A stretch of 64,000 nucleotides of DNA, from assembly GCA_026414165.1 (NCBI GenBank), contig JAOAJN010000001.1, positions 137,066-201,065 on the forward strand. Reading direction: 5' to 3'. Every line of letters starts with the position of its first letter. Within the stretch, counting starts at the first letter, position 1. Below are positions 39,000-47,996 of this stretch, one piece after another. The DNA is from Candidatus Methanomethylicaceae archaeon (lineage in GTDB: Archaea > Thermoproteota > Methanomethylicia > Methanomethylicales > Methanomethylicaceae). Made by a program: the position numbers and the translations under genes. The notes beneath the pieces were generated by a model that was given only the letters and a program-made list of their open reading frames with translations, had not been told where the DNA came from and did no database searches.

Positions 39000-41009
39000 T
39001 TACACTTTTTCTACTTCGACATAATTCGTGTGATATGTTGAACCGTCGCCCATATCCGAGACCGTACTACTCGTGGTAAAGTTTGGGGTTCCGCCCCCTA
39101 CAAGCTTTGGCCATGGTATCCCATAACTCAGGACCACGCCCCTTCCAACCCTAGAAGAGATTTTTACTCTCATCACACACTCCCCTCTATTATTATATAC
39201 CTTCACAATATCGCCATCCTTTATGCCTCTAGCTTTAGCGTCCTCCATGTTCATCTCAACAACCATGCCCTCTTCCGAGTAAATGCTCCTAATATTGAAG
39301 TATTGGCTCTTCAACGTATCCCTATGAAATGGCGTAATGAATCTTAGCGGATAACCTCTGTGAACCTCGGTATAATCAGGGATCGGAGGCAACCCGTCAG
39401 CTTCCGCTGCCTTTGAGTAAAACTCTATCTTCCCGGATGGCGTATTGAATCTGAAATCACAAAATGCGACATGCGGCACGTTCGGCGTGTTAAGCCTCAA
39501 AAATCCTTTCTCTCTTAAACTCTTCAATGTGATCCCCTGCATAAACCCCGTCCCGCTCCTCAGAACTTTGTCGGCTAATACCTCCGGCTCTTCAATAATG
39601 TCCGAGTATCCCATCCTTCTAGCCAATTCTGTAAAGACCTCGAAATTCGATTTACTCTCTCCGATAGGCTCTATTGCCTTTTCGTTTACTGAAACATAGA
39701 GTCCACAGTATGTAAAATGAACATCAAAAGTCTCAAAGTGGCTTGTGGCGGGTAGTACGATATCTGCAAAGTCAGCGGTATCTGTCATAAATAGATCATG
39801 AACAACTGTGAAGAGATCCTCCCTTGAGAGCCCCTTCCTCACTTTGTTAAGATCTGGGCAGACTGCTGCTGGGTTTGAGTTGTAAACGAAGAGGAACTTG
39901 ATCGGCGGGTTTAAATTTTTGTCCAACAGTGCCTCTCCTAGCTTAATCATGTTTATCTTCCGCCTTATCTCTCCAGTTTTGTTACCCTTCAGCATATCAT
40001 AATCAATGGTGAAATAAGCCGAATTTGAGTAGAAGAAACCCCCACCACATCTGCCTATATTCCCTGTCAAGGCCGGAAGGAGGCTTATGCTCCTTACGAT
40101 CTCTCCTCCATTTACATTCCTCTGGATCCCCAGCCCTATGAGTACGGCGGCGGGCTTTGTTCGACCATACTCTTCAGAAAAGCTTGTAAAAGTGTCCTTA
40201 TCTATCCCGCATATGGCTGATACCTTTTCCGGTGTATACTTTCGTACGACCTCCTTAAAATTGTCGAAACCATGAGTGAACTTTTCAACAAACTCCCTAT
40301 CATAAAGGTTATTGGTGATCAAGTAGTTTGCTATCCCTAAAGCTAGCGCAGAGTCTGTTCCTGGTCTTGGCTGAATATATAAGTCTGCATGCTCTGCAGT
40401 CTCACTCTTAATAGGATCTATTACCACAACCTTTGAACCACTCTTCTTTATTAGACCAAAGAAGTGAACGCTGGTCCAAGCCGGGTTGAAGCCCCAGATC
40501 ACCACATACTTTGAGTTCAAAATGTCCTCTGGATCCATGCCTGCAAAAGTCCCATAGTGATAGTTTAATGCCCTCTTACCTGTTTCGGAGCATATGGTGT
40601 ACTCGAGCTGCGAAGCACCAATTTTATTGAAGAACCTGTAAGGATAATATCTACTGAGCAATCCCATGTGTCCCGCATAATCGTAAGGAAGAACAGATAG
40701 GGATCCGAACTCCTTCATCACTTCCTTCAATTTCTGGACGATTGTATCGAAAGCCTCATCCCAACTTATCCTCTTGAACACACCACTGCCCTTTGGTCCT
40801 GACCTCTTCATGGGATACTTCAATCGTTCGGGTGAAAATGCCCAGTCAAGTATCTTTTGTCCTTTATTACACAAGAAACCTCTCGTGAACCCATGATCTC
40901 TTCTTCCTTCAACTTTCAATATAGTGCCCTCATCACCCACATAAGAGTACATAACACAAGTGTCGTAGCAATCCTTTGGACATGTCGAAAAGAACCTTCT
41001 CTCTACCAT
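39000..41009 (-). CDS. molybdopterin (bis-MGD) oxidoreductase, DMSO-reductase superfamily, cytoplasmic
   Basis: N-terminal Fe-S Cys cluster (STCPKDCYDTCVM...C). 669 aa. No signal or Tat motif seen. Substrate not assignable. Confidence 0.8.
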   Translation of the reverse strand: MVERRFFSTCPKDCYDTCVMYSYVGDEGTILKVEGRRDHGFTRGFLCNKGQKILDWAFSPERLKYPMKRSGPKGSGVFKRISWDEAFDTIVQKLKEVMKEFGSLSVLPYDYAGHMGLLSRYYPYRFFNKIGASQLEYTICSETGKRALNYHYGTFAGMDPEDILNSKYVVIWGFNPAWTSVHFFGLIKKSGSKVVVIDPIKSETAEHADLYIQPRPGTDSALALGIANYLITNNLYDREFVEKFTHGFDNFKEVVRKYTPEKVSAICGIDKDTFTSFSEEYGRTKPAAVLIGLGIQRNVNGGEIVRSISLLPALTGNIGRCGGGFFYSNSAYFTIDYDMLKGNKTGEIRRKINMIKLGEALLDKNLNPPIKFLFVYNSNPAAVCPDLNKVRKGLSREDLFTVVHDLFMTDTADFADIVLPATSHFETFDVHFTYCGLYVSVNEKAIEPIGESKSNFEVFTELARRMGYSDIIEEPEVLADKVLRSGTGFMQGITLKSLREKGFLRLNTPNVPHVAFCDFRFNTPSGKIEFYSKAAEADGLPPIPDYTEVHRGYPLRFITPFHRDTLKSQYFNIRSIYSEEGMVVEMNMEDAKARGIKDGDIVKVYNNRGECVMRVKISSRVGRGVVLSYGIPWPKLVGGGTPNFTTSSTVSDMGDGSTYHTNYVEVEKV

Positions 41010-41377
41010 GTTAAAAACTAGGAGATCTGCTTCTATTAAGTTTTGGTATTACATTGTCGATGGTGCGAAACAACTATTTGAAGTCCCTATGAGAGGTGAA
41101 TGCTGAGATCTCTTTTCTGACTTTAATGTGGTTTAGAAGTGATTGGTTGCTCTGAAAAGCCTGTGGAGCGCAATCTCTACCTGACTTGAGTTGCTGATGA
41201 TGGTAGTCCTTGAAGTAAGAACCTCTGAGTTCGAGCGAACGCCTCCCTATCCAAAAAGATCCGAACATAAGAATAAGCGTAAAAGTAACATGAACAACAA
41301 GTAAAAATGAGTCTGTTTGAAAGCGTAGGTTTTAGATGCTTGGAACGCTGAACTAATCCAATTATCCAAATTCTAAA

Positions 41378-41863
41378 CTAACTTTCACGTTTTGCGGTTA
41401 TAACAATTCCTTTTAGCACCGTGAGTAGTGCTGGTAGTATCGCCAATACCATTATTAGCGTAAAATCAAAGTAAGCATTAACCTGCACTCCCATTGTGTA
41501 GCCCTTCGGAATTGATAGAGTTATGACTCCACCATGAAATGCAAAATATATGTACAACACAGATACCAAGCCCGCGAGGATTAACGTTGGACCATAAACC
41601 TTCGTCTTTCTGAATAACACTTCAATAAAGACGAATACTGCGAGGATCGCGCCTAAAGCTGGGAGGGATGGGTGGACGAAGCTGGAGATAATCGGTACAA
41701 CAACACTGGAGACCTCTGCTGGGATATACTTACTCGCAAATTCTGTTATATGTGATGGCAGATAGCTGAGGATGAGAAATGCCGCTGCGGAGAGAAGTGC
41801 GCCCCCCACTACGCGCACTACCAACCATCCCGTCCCGATCTCCAGATCAAACAATCTTGGCAT
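41378..41863 (-). CDS. polytopic membrane protein, unknown function
   Basis: 161 aa with 4-5 hydrophobic helices. Overlaps the upstream ORF by 17 nt. Confidence 0.5.
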   Translation of the reverse strand: MPRLFDLEIGTGWLVVRVVGGALLSAAAFLILSYLPSHITEFASKYIPAEVSSVVVPIISSFVHPSLPALGAILAVFVFIEVLFRKTKVYGPTLILAGLVSVLYIYFAFHGGVITLSIPKGYTMGVQVNAYFDFTLIMVLAILPALLTVLKGIVITAKRES

Positions 41864-43007
41864 TTATCGGCACCATCCTTTCAAAGGTTCCATAGGGCAT
41901 ATTCAAAATGATTAACATATACAACTTTTGCTGTGATGCGACCGCGTTGGAGATGTATCCTGATATCTCCCCTAAATAGATCTGCCCTGGCTGAACCTCT
42001 AACCACAAATCCTCCACCTGACCGACCCAATTCCATGCAGCATCATAAATAATACCACTCAACGTTCCGCTAAATGGAAATATGGATGCATCCTCAAACC
42101 TCAAAGGTATGTAGATTCTTGAATGCGTGCTGTTGTGGGTCGCTACCGAAAACTCTCCTAACTGAGGGTCTTTTATCAGCACACCCCATTCCATCGTAGT
42201 TATCTGAGTTCTCTCAATCCTACCGACCAGAGGAGCTGGAAGCATCATAGTAACATTGTAATTTTTCACAACATTTTCAGTTATGAGATCGGGTCGCCCA
42301 ACCCATGGAACTTGGAAGTATAGATCGATAGATCCGTTATACTGACCGCCTGTCTTGACATCCATATAACACTCACCATAGCCTACCTGTGAGCCATCCT
42401 CATCCATCACCCGAATATAGCCCATCCCGGAGACTTTGAACATCGTAGAATTGTTAATGAATGATATAGGGACTTGCAAAAAGAGATGTGTGGAATTGTA
42501 AATAACGAATCTGGGCTCGAGTAACCTCAAGTTGCTGTATGGTGCACCCCAATGGAGTTTACCGCTGGCAGAAATGAAAAGATTGGCAAAAGGTTGTATA
42601 GATCCCCTCAAAGTGGCATTTACTGGAAACTCATAGTCTTCCACCATAATTGACATCAGAAAATCATGCGTGATCCTCGAGATGTCCATCCTCATATTTA
42701 CTGTAAGCGTGCCAGATGTGCTAGGCGGTAATGTGAGCTTGTTGCTTTCCAATTCAAAAATCGTATTCCCTTCAGGACTCTCCATCGTAGCCCTCACAAA
42801 AATATCTGATAGTGGGAGCAGTCCTGAGTTTTTCAAAAACACTGGGAGTGTGAATTCTATAAGACTCTCTGTAATCTTCTGCGAAGGAGATCCGACATTT
42901 ACTGTGGGTACGGACTTGACGATAGTATATGCCACGGAGGCGAGTACGACAACAAAAATAACGATAGAAATGACTATCAGGGAATCAAGAACCCTTAATC
43001 TTTTCAA
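41847..43007 (-). CDS. N-terminally anchored extracellular protein, unknown function
   Basis: 386 aa. Single N-terminal TM (LIVISIVIFVVVLASVAY), beta-rich, six N-x-S/T sequons. Confidence 0.5.
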   Translation of the reverse strand: MKRLRVLDSLIVISIVIFVVVLASVAYTIVKSVPTVNVGSPSQKITESLIEFTLPVFLKNSGLLPLSDIFVRATMESPEGNTIFELESNKLTLPPSTSGTLTVNMRMDISRITHDFLMSIMVEDYEFPVNATLRGSIQPFANLFISASGKLHWGAPYSNLRLLEPRFVIYNSTHLFLQVPISFINNSTMFKVSGMGYIRVMDEDGSQVGYGECYMDVKTGGQYNGSIDLYFQVPWVGRPDLITENVVKNYNVTMMLPAPLVGRIERTQITTMEWGVLIKDPQLGEFSVATHNSTHSRIYIPLRFEDASIFPFSGTLSGIIYDAAWNWVGQVEDLWLEVQPGQIYLGEISGYISNAVASQQKLYMLIILNMPYGTFERMVPINAKIV

Positions 43008-43206
43008 ATAACCCTCACTTAACTCTTTCTTGGTGCTTTTTAAGGTTTTCGCAGTATTATGGATCTGGAATTACTAACGTCAGCAAATCCGTCGGAAGTG
43101 GATGCTGACTTATAGAGGATACAAATGTGACATATCTGAAGATTCGCCATGACTGGCATGCTCAAATAGTCTTGAGAAAATGTTATATTACTAACATTCT
43201 CAAATT

Positions 43207-43548
43207 ATGTTTAATTTATGGGGTGATCTATTGAGTAGAGATCAGGCTTTAGGCATACTTCTTGTCGTAGCTGGCATACTTGGGATAATCATTTACGGTT
43301 GGCTGGTCTTCTTCACAAGCTGGTGGGCGGTAGTCCTTCAGATCACCGCCTTCGTGGCCATAGCAGCCGTCCTTGCGATTATTGCCTGGATCGGTTACAC
43401 ACTTGCTACCACTCCTCCACCAAAGCCGATAGAAGAGATAGAGAAGGAGATGGAGAAAGAACTGGAGGAGTCAAAACCAGAAGAAAAAGCAACGAATCCT
43501 GACGCAACAGGAAACACAAAAGAAAAAGAAGGCACAAAAGAGAGCTAA
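43207..43548 (+). CDS. small two-TM membrane protein with a charged C-terminal tail
   Basis: 113 aa. Two hydrophobic helices followed by PPPKPIEEIEKEMEKELEESKPEEK. Confidence 0.4.
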   Translation: MFNLWGDLLSRDQALGILLVVAGILGIIIYGWLVFFTSWWAVVLQITAFVAIAAVLAIIAWIGYTLATTPPPKPIEEIEKEMEKELEESKPEEKATNPDATGNTKEKEGTKES

Positions 43549-43682
43549 CAATTAACGATTAATTTCTAAAACTCCTCTTTTTTATCAACGGAATAATTCC
43601 CTGCTGTTACATTAATGCTTCAAGATTAGGGTTCTCCCCTTAAAATATTCTCTCCCAATATCGTCCTCACGCTTCCTTCATA

Positions 43683-44891
43683 TCATCCACAAAGCATTAG
43701 TATAGTCTCCGCATAAACTTTTGCTGCCTTCAACATATAATCTACCCTAACCGACTCGTTGGGGACATGTGAAAGATCCTCTTCGCATGGAGAGAACCCA
43801 ACGGTCGGAATTCCCAGTACGCCCATAGAATACCCACCATCTGTCGCAAAATCCCATCTTTGAATCTTTGGCTTGAATTCAAGAATGCTTTCTACCGCTC
43901 CAGTTATAGTCCTTACCAAATAATGATCTGAGGAGATTACATATCCTGGCATATACTTCTTCCCGACAAACCTGAAACCCGTGTAAGACTCTTCTTCTTT
44001 CTCACATACATGTGCGGATGCTCCCTCGTCTCTTATCTTTTCATTTATCCTTCTCAGCATGTCCTCCAGCCTCTCTTTAGGAAGAAATCGGTAGTCAACA
44101 TAGAACTTACACTCGTCTGGTACCACATTGTGCGCCCCTGGGCTGCATCTGAGATCGGTCACCGCCATCGTACTCCTTCCCAAAAGTTTGTCCTCCTCAT
44201 CCATAATCTCTCTGGATAGATCCTCTATCCCTATTATCGCACGTGCTGCCTTATAGAGCGCGTTCTCTCCCCTCCAAGGGGCACTTGCATGGCAGGCTCG
44301 ACCTTTTGTAACAACCTCAAACTCAGCTCTGCCCCTATGCCCTACCGCTACGTTGAGTCCTGTCGCCTCGCCCAAGATCATGTAGTCTGGGCGCCCCTCT
44401 TTTAAGGTGTGGTCCAAGAGGTACTTCATCCCGAAACAATAAGTAAGCTCTTCCATTACCACCCCGGTGAAGATTACATCCCCATTGATATTACAAAATT
44501 CCTTTACCGCCTGCATAGCCAATATCATGGGTGCCCATGCCCCCTTCGTGTCCGCAGCCCCCCTACCAAAAATTCTGTTCCCCTCAATGACCCCTCCAAA
44601 TGGATCATATTTCCACGAATCGAGTCTGCCTGGAGGAACATGGTCTAAATGAACATTGAATGCCAGTTTCTTCCCTTTCTCCTCTGAATGCCCTTTTAAA
44701 ATACCGATCACATTCCCGACGGCATCTAAATAAGCCTCGAAACCTGCCTTCTCCAGCTCTCTAAGCAAAACTTTAGCCACCGCACTTTCGGATCCGCTCT
44801 GGCTTGGCACCTTTAAAAATCGAACAGTCGTCTCTACCAAATAATCCAATCTGGAGTCTATGTAATCTAAAACTCTTTTTGGAAGTTTCAT
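43683..44891 (-). CDS. M20-family metallohydrolase (ArgE/DapE/LysK-like deacylase)
   Basis: HLDHVPPG, GRGAADTKG and MEE metal/catalytic motifs. ATG 44891 follows GGTGG; the longest ORF extends to 44906. Confidence 0.8.
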   Translation of the reverse strand: MKLPKRVLDYIDSRLDYLVETTVRFLKVPSQSGSESAVAKVLLRELEKAGFEAYLDAVGNVIGILKGHSEEKGKKLAFNVHLDHVPPGRLDSWKYDPFGGVIEGNRIFGRGAADTKGAWAPMILAMQAVKEFCNINGDVIFTGVVMEELTYCFGMKYLLDHTLKEGRPDYMILGEATGLNVAVGHRGRAEFEVVTKGRACHASAPWRGENALYKAARAIIGIEDLSREIMDEEDKLLGRSTMAVTDLRCSPGAHNVVPDECKFYVDYRFLPKERLEDMLRRINEKIRDEGASAHVCEKEEESYTGFRFVGKKYMPGYVISSDHYLVRTITGAVESILEFKPKIQRWDFATDGGYSMGVLGIPTVGFSPCEEDLSHVPNESVRVDYMLKAAKVYAETILMLCG

Positions 44892-45091
44892 TAAGCCACC
44901 AACCACCTCAGGCTATTTCATTACAAATCTTCTCAATCTTAGAGTTGAGAAATGACATATCTAAGTTTATCTTAACCCACCAAACCAGCGTGTTTTAACT
45001 ATAAAAAGAAAGATAAACCTTAATATGTCTTAAAAGCTGAGGGGCACATAACTAAACATGGACTTTCCTTGGATGACTACAAGGTGGTAAA

Positions 45092-46513
45092 ATGCCATTC
45101 AATACGCTTCTTCATTTCATTGGAAATATAAAGATGAGCCTTGGAGTGCCGATACCAGGAAGTTTGGGGCGCCCCAAGTATTACAGATTAACATTATCGC
45201 TTATAATTTTAAACATCGCAGTGTATGCAATATCTTCTTTTGAAAACAATTTTCTTGGTATTGGAGATTACTGGTTAGGTGTTGGCGGATTTGTTCCTTT
45301 GATGATCACCACTCCATCTCAATGGTATAGGGTGCTCTCCTCAATGTTTCTTCATTCAGATCCATTCCATCTCCTCTTCAATATGTACTTCCTTTTCATA
45401 TTCGGTAGAGCAATTGAGAACTCTTTAGGCAAGGGGCGATTCATTTTGCTCTATCTATCTTCAGGGATATTTGCGTCACTCTTCCATACTGCCTTTGGCT
45501 TTATTGAGGGGACATTGTCTTACACTGTACCCGCCATAGGGGCTTCTGGAGCCATAAGCGGGATCTTGGGCGCATATCTCATGCTCTATCCTGGAACATC
45601 TCTACTCATGGTATTGCCTATATTTTTGTTGCCTTGGATCTTTTGGATAAAAGCTTCGTACTACATCATCTTCTGGTTCGCGACCCAAGTCATTTACGGA
45701 TTTACAAAGACTGCTGGCGGAACTGCCGTATTTGCACACGCAGGCGGCTTCGTGGCCGGGATCGCCCTCCTTTCGATCCTTGCCAACAAGAATCGCATAT
45801 ATCAGCTCAGACTTTTGAGGAGCATCTCCTTTCCCAACTATCTAAGGTTTACGAGGCGCGCTCATAGAGGGCTTGGCAGACTGACCAAGGTCGTTCTTTC
45901 CTTGTTTATGCTTTCCCTACTGGCAAGTTCTACCTACGCCTCATTCTTCTCGACAGATCAGGGATCTATGAAATTAATGACAATCCATTATACCTGCAAT
46001 AGTGTATCCTACAATGACTACTTGGGCTTCCGAATACAGGATCTTGAATCTCAAATATCAAATACTCCCCTCACGACTACCAGAATACTCCTCAACAGGC
46101 TGAACGCTGCAGCCCTCCTTTATAACACAACCTATGCCCAAACCAAGAAGGAGCTAACAATTATCAACTGGACTTCTTATCTACCTATTAGGCTCATCTT
46201 GGACTCTTCCTCTACTACTGTGGCTGTGCCAACGACCGTATATTCGTTCAAAGGTCTGTATGATCAAGACGGAATTGTTACATACGCAGAGGGTCTGCTC
46301 ACAACAAATGTTGTCAACATAGCACTTCAAGGATCCATCTACAAGGTCACAATAGGAGAGACTCTTACCTACATTTTCGTCATCTCTTCACAAAGTATTT
46401 CTCTAAACCTCATACAAAAATACACTGGAGCGATTTCCACGATACTGACGATCTTTGCGCTTGCGTTAATCGTATTACGGGACAAGACGCTCGCTATTGT
46501 GGGTGAAGATTAA
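45092..46513 (+). CDS. rhomboid-family intramembrane serine protease with a ~240-aa C-terminal extension
   Basis: HSDPFHLLFNMYFLF, GASGAISGILGAY (GxSG) and FAHAGGFVAG in the first ~230 aa. This is followed by a Ser/Thr-rich non-membrane segment and a terminal TM. Confidence 0.8.
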   Translation: MPFNTLLHFIGNIKMSLGVPIPGSLGRPKYYRLTLSLIILNIAVYAISSFENNFLGIGDYWLGVGGFVPLMITTPSQWYRVLSSMFLHSDPFHLLFNMYFLFIFGRAIENSLGKGRFILLYLSSGIFASLFHTAFGFIEGTLSYTVPAIGASGAISGILGAYLMLYPGTSLLMVLPIFLLPWIFWIKASYYIIFWFATQVIYGFTKTAGGTAVFAHAGGFVAGIALLSILANKNRIYQLRLLRSISFPNYLRFTRRAHRGLGRLTKVVLSLFMLSLLASSTYASFFSTDQGSMKLMTIHYTCNSVSYNDYLGFRIQDLESQISNTPLTTTRILLNRLNAAALLYNTTYAQTKKELTIINWTSYLPIRLILDSSSTTVAVPTTVYSFKGLYDQDGIVTYAEGLLTTNVVNIALQGSIYKVTIGETLTYIFVISSQSISLNLIQKYTGAISTILTIFALALIVLRDKTLAIVGED

Positions 46514-46587
46514 TTAACTTCGTTCGCACCACAAAATACAATTTTTGATTGGGTGGTTATCTCCTGCCCCCATTCTAAGAAATCGAG

Positions 46588-46661
46588 TGCCCGAGGCCGG
46601 ACTTGAACCGGCGACACTCCGGTCTTCAGCCGGATGCTCTCCCAGGCTGAGCTACTCGGGC
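46588..46661 (-). tRNA. tRNA-Phe (anticodon GAA), no intron
   Basis: Reverse complement folds as GCCCGAG-TA-GCTC-AGCCTGGGA-GAGC-A-TCCGG-CTGAAGA-CCGGA-GTGTC-GCCGG-TTCAAGT-CCGGC-CTCGGGC-A. 74 nt. Confidence 0.9.
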
Positions 46662-46686
46662 TCCGTCTCGTAAATACTCTGTTGGG

Positions 46687-46694
46687 TTTAATAA
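46687..46694 (-). promoter_or_regulatory. candidate TATA box (TTATTAAA) for tRNA-Phe
   Basis: AT-rich octamer 26-33 nt upstream of the mature 5' end, the canonical archaeal spacing. Confidence 0.4.
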
Positions 46695-46822
46695 GTTTTT
46701 TACTGGCATTAACTTTTTTATTTTGGCTCTCGTTTTATTATAAGGGGCGATGATCGCTCAGAGTTAACATGACCTTTGGGGATGACTTGAAGGCGTTTGC
46801 GATAGCCCCCTTTAAACGAACC

Positions 46823-46831
46823 TTTTAAATA
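46823..46831 (+). promoter_or_regulatory. candidate TATA box (TTTTAAATA) for tRNA-Gly
   Basis: 27-35 nt upstream of the tRNA 5' end. Confidence 0.4.
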
Positions 46832-46857
46832 CTTCTACCACAGATTTTTTCAAGGTT

Positions 46858-46953
46858 GCGGCCGTAGTCTAGCCTGGTCTAGGACGTTAGCCTGCCAAAG
46901 GCTTGTCCTGTAGATCGCTAAGGACCCGGGTTCAAATCCCGGCGGCCGCACCA
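46858..46953 (+). tRNA. tRNA-Gly (anticodon GCC) with an 18-nt intron in the anticodon loop (after position 37); 3' CCA encoded
   Basis: Manual fold: GCGGCCG-TA-GTCT-AGCCTGGTCTA-GGAC-G-TTAGC-CTGCCA[AAGGCTTGTCCTGTAGAT]C-GCTAA-GGAC-CCGGG-TTCAAAT-CCCGG-CGGCCGC-A-CCA. It has the 4-nt variable loop typical of Gly. Exact intron borders are uncertain. Confidence 0.75.
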
Positions 46954-47096
46954 AAACCTCATACTCTTATAGTCTCATAAAGTGTGCTTTTCCTCAGTTA
47001 TTTATTTAATAATCACTTTGAGTATCAAATAGCAATCAATAATTTTTTATTCCGCATAATAATGGTAATGCCCTCTGCGAAACATTCGAATAAAAA

Positions 47097-47315
47097 TTAG
47101 GCTATTGCCTTTAACCTCTCAATTAATTCTTTTCTCATTTTTTCGTCCGACTTTATCTGTTTTCGCGCTTTACTCCAATTTGGAGAACAGCGCCCATAAT
47201 TTGTCTGTTCATTAATGTACTTGTGTATTATTTCATCAATTTTTGATTTGTTTGCCTCTTTGACTTCTATTCTCGCCTCTTTCAATAGATCGTTAAACCA
47301 TTTCCAACAAGCCAT
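47097..47315 (-). CDS. small Lys-rich hypothetical protein
   Basis: 72-aa ORF in an AT-rich stretch next to the tRNA genes. No motif recognised. Confidence 0.3.
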   Translation of the reverse strand: MACWKWFNDLLKEARIEVKEANKSKIDEIIHKYINEQTNYGRCSPNWSKARKQIKSDEKMRKELIERLKAIA

Positions 47316-47570
47316 AAAATCGCCAATATAATAATTCTCAAGTCTTGATATATTGCTTTCTAATTAGCCCGACATCCCATTATCATTAAAAATTATTGTA
47401 TTATTGTTTCACTGCCTCATTTCATATTCAAAAAGTGTAAAGAGACCCCCGACTTCAGTGATTTTTATTTAGAGCTTAAGATATGAATTTCCTTAAGCGC
47501 AACCTGATCCTCTTTACACCAATGGAGCGTTAAACTTTAAAACAACTTTTTTGTAATAACTTCTGTCGCA

Positions 47571-47996
47571 GTGGGGGTCTTAAGACTGCAAAACAAAGGT
47601 TCTGTTGTTGATCGCCTAAGAAAATACATAAAGAGCACTGTCGAGGTTCACCTTCTCGACGGGCAAGTCATTAAAGGTAAACTTGTACAGGTAGACGAGG
47701 ATCTCATGAACATATTCTTAGAGGATTGTGTTGACATAGATGGTCGCCCTTCTCCCGCTACGGTAATCATGGGCGGCTCTATCTCCCACGTGAGTATCCT
47801 CTCACTTCCCGCAGAGGACTCCCTAGAAGATAAGGTATTTCAGCTAATCCTCAATAACAAAGACATTTCCATAACAGAGATCGCAAAGATCCTGAATACA
47901 AAGCCCAGCAGCGTGAGATCTGCTATCCTTCGCCTGAAGAAAAAAGGCCTAATCTCCACAAACGAATCGAAGAGGACCAGTCCGGAACAAAAATGA
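47571..47996 (+). CDS. Sm-like (LSm) domain protein fused to a C-terminal winged-helix/HTH domain
   Basis: Sm1-like VEVHLLDGQVIKGKLVQVDEDLMNIFLEDC and Sm2-like TVIMGGSISHVSI. These are followed by ISITEIAKILNTKPSSVRSAILRLKKKGLI. GTG start. Confidence 0.6.
   Translation: MGVLRLQNKGSVVDRLRKYIKSTVEVHLLDGQVIKGKLVQVDEDLMNIFLEDCVDIDGRPSPATVIMGGSISHVSILSLPAEDSLEDKVFQLILNNKDISITEIAKILNTKPSSVRSAILRLKKKGLISTNESKRTSPEQK

Noticed and set aside
41074-41268. A 64-aa minus-strand ORF upstream of the molybdoenzyme gene.
   Set aside because: No SD, odd composition (His/Gln/Ser-rich) and no motif. It is probably non-coding leader or promoter DNA.
46744-46810. A possible C/D-box sRNA between tRNA-Phe and tRNA-Gly (GGGGC...GCCCC termini, GATGA-like elements).
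   Set aside because: The C/C' candidates each need a mismatch. No CTGA D box sits next to the 3' stem on either strand, so a K-turn cannot be drawn.
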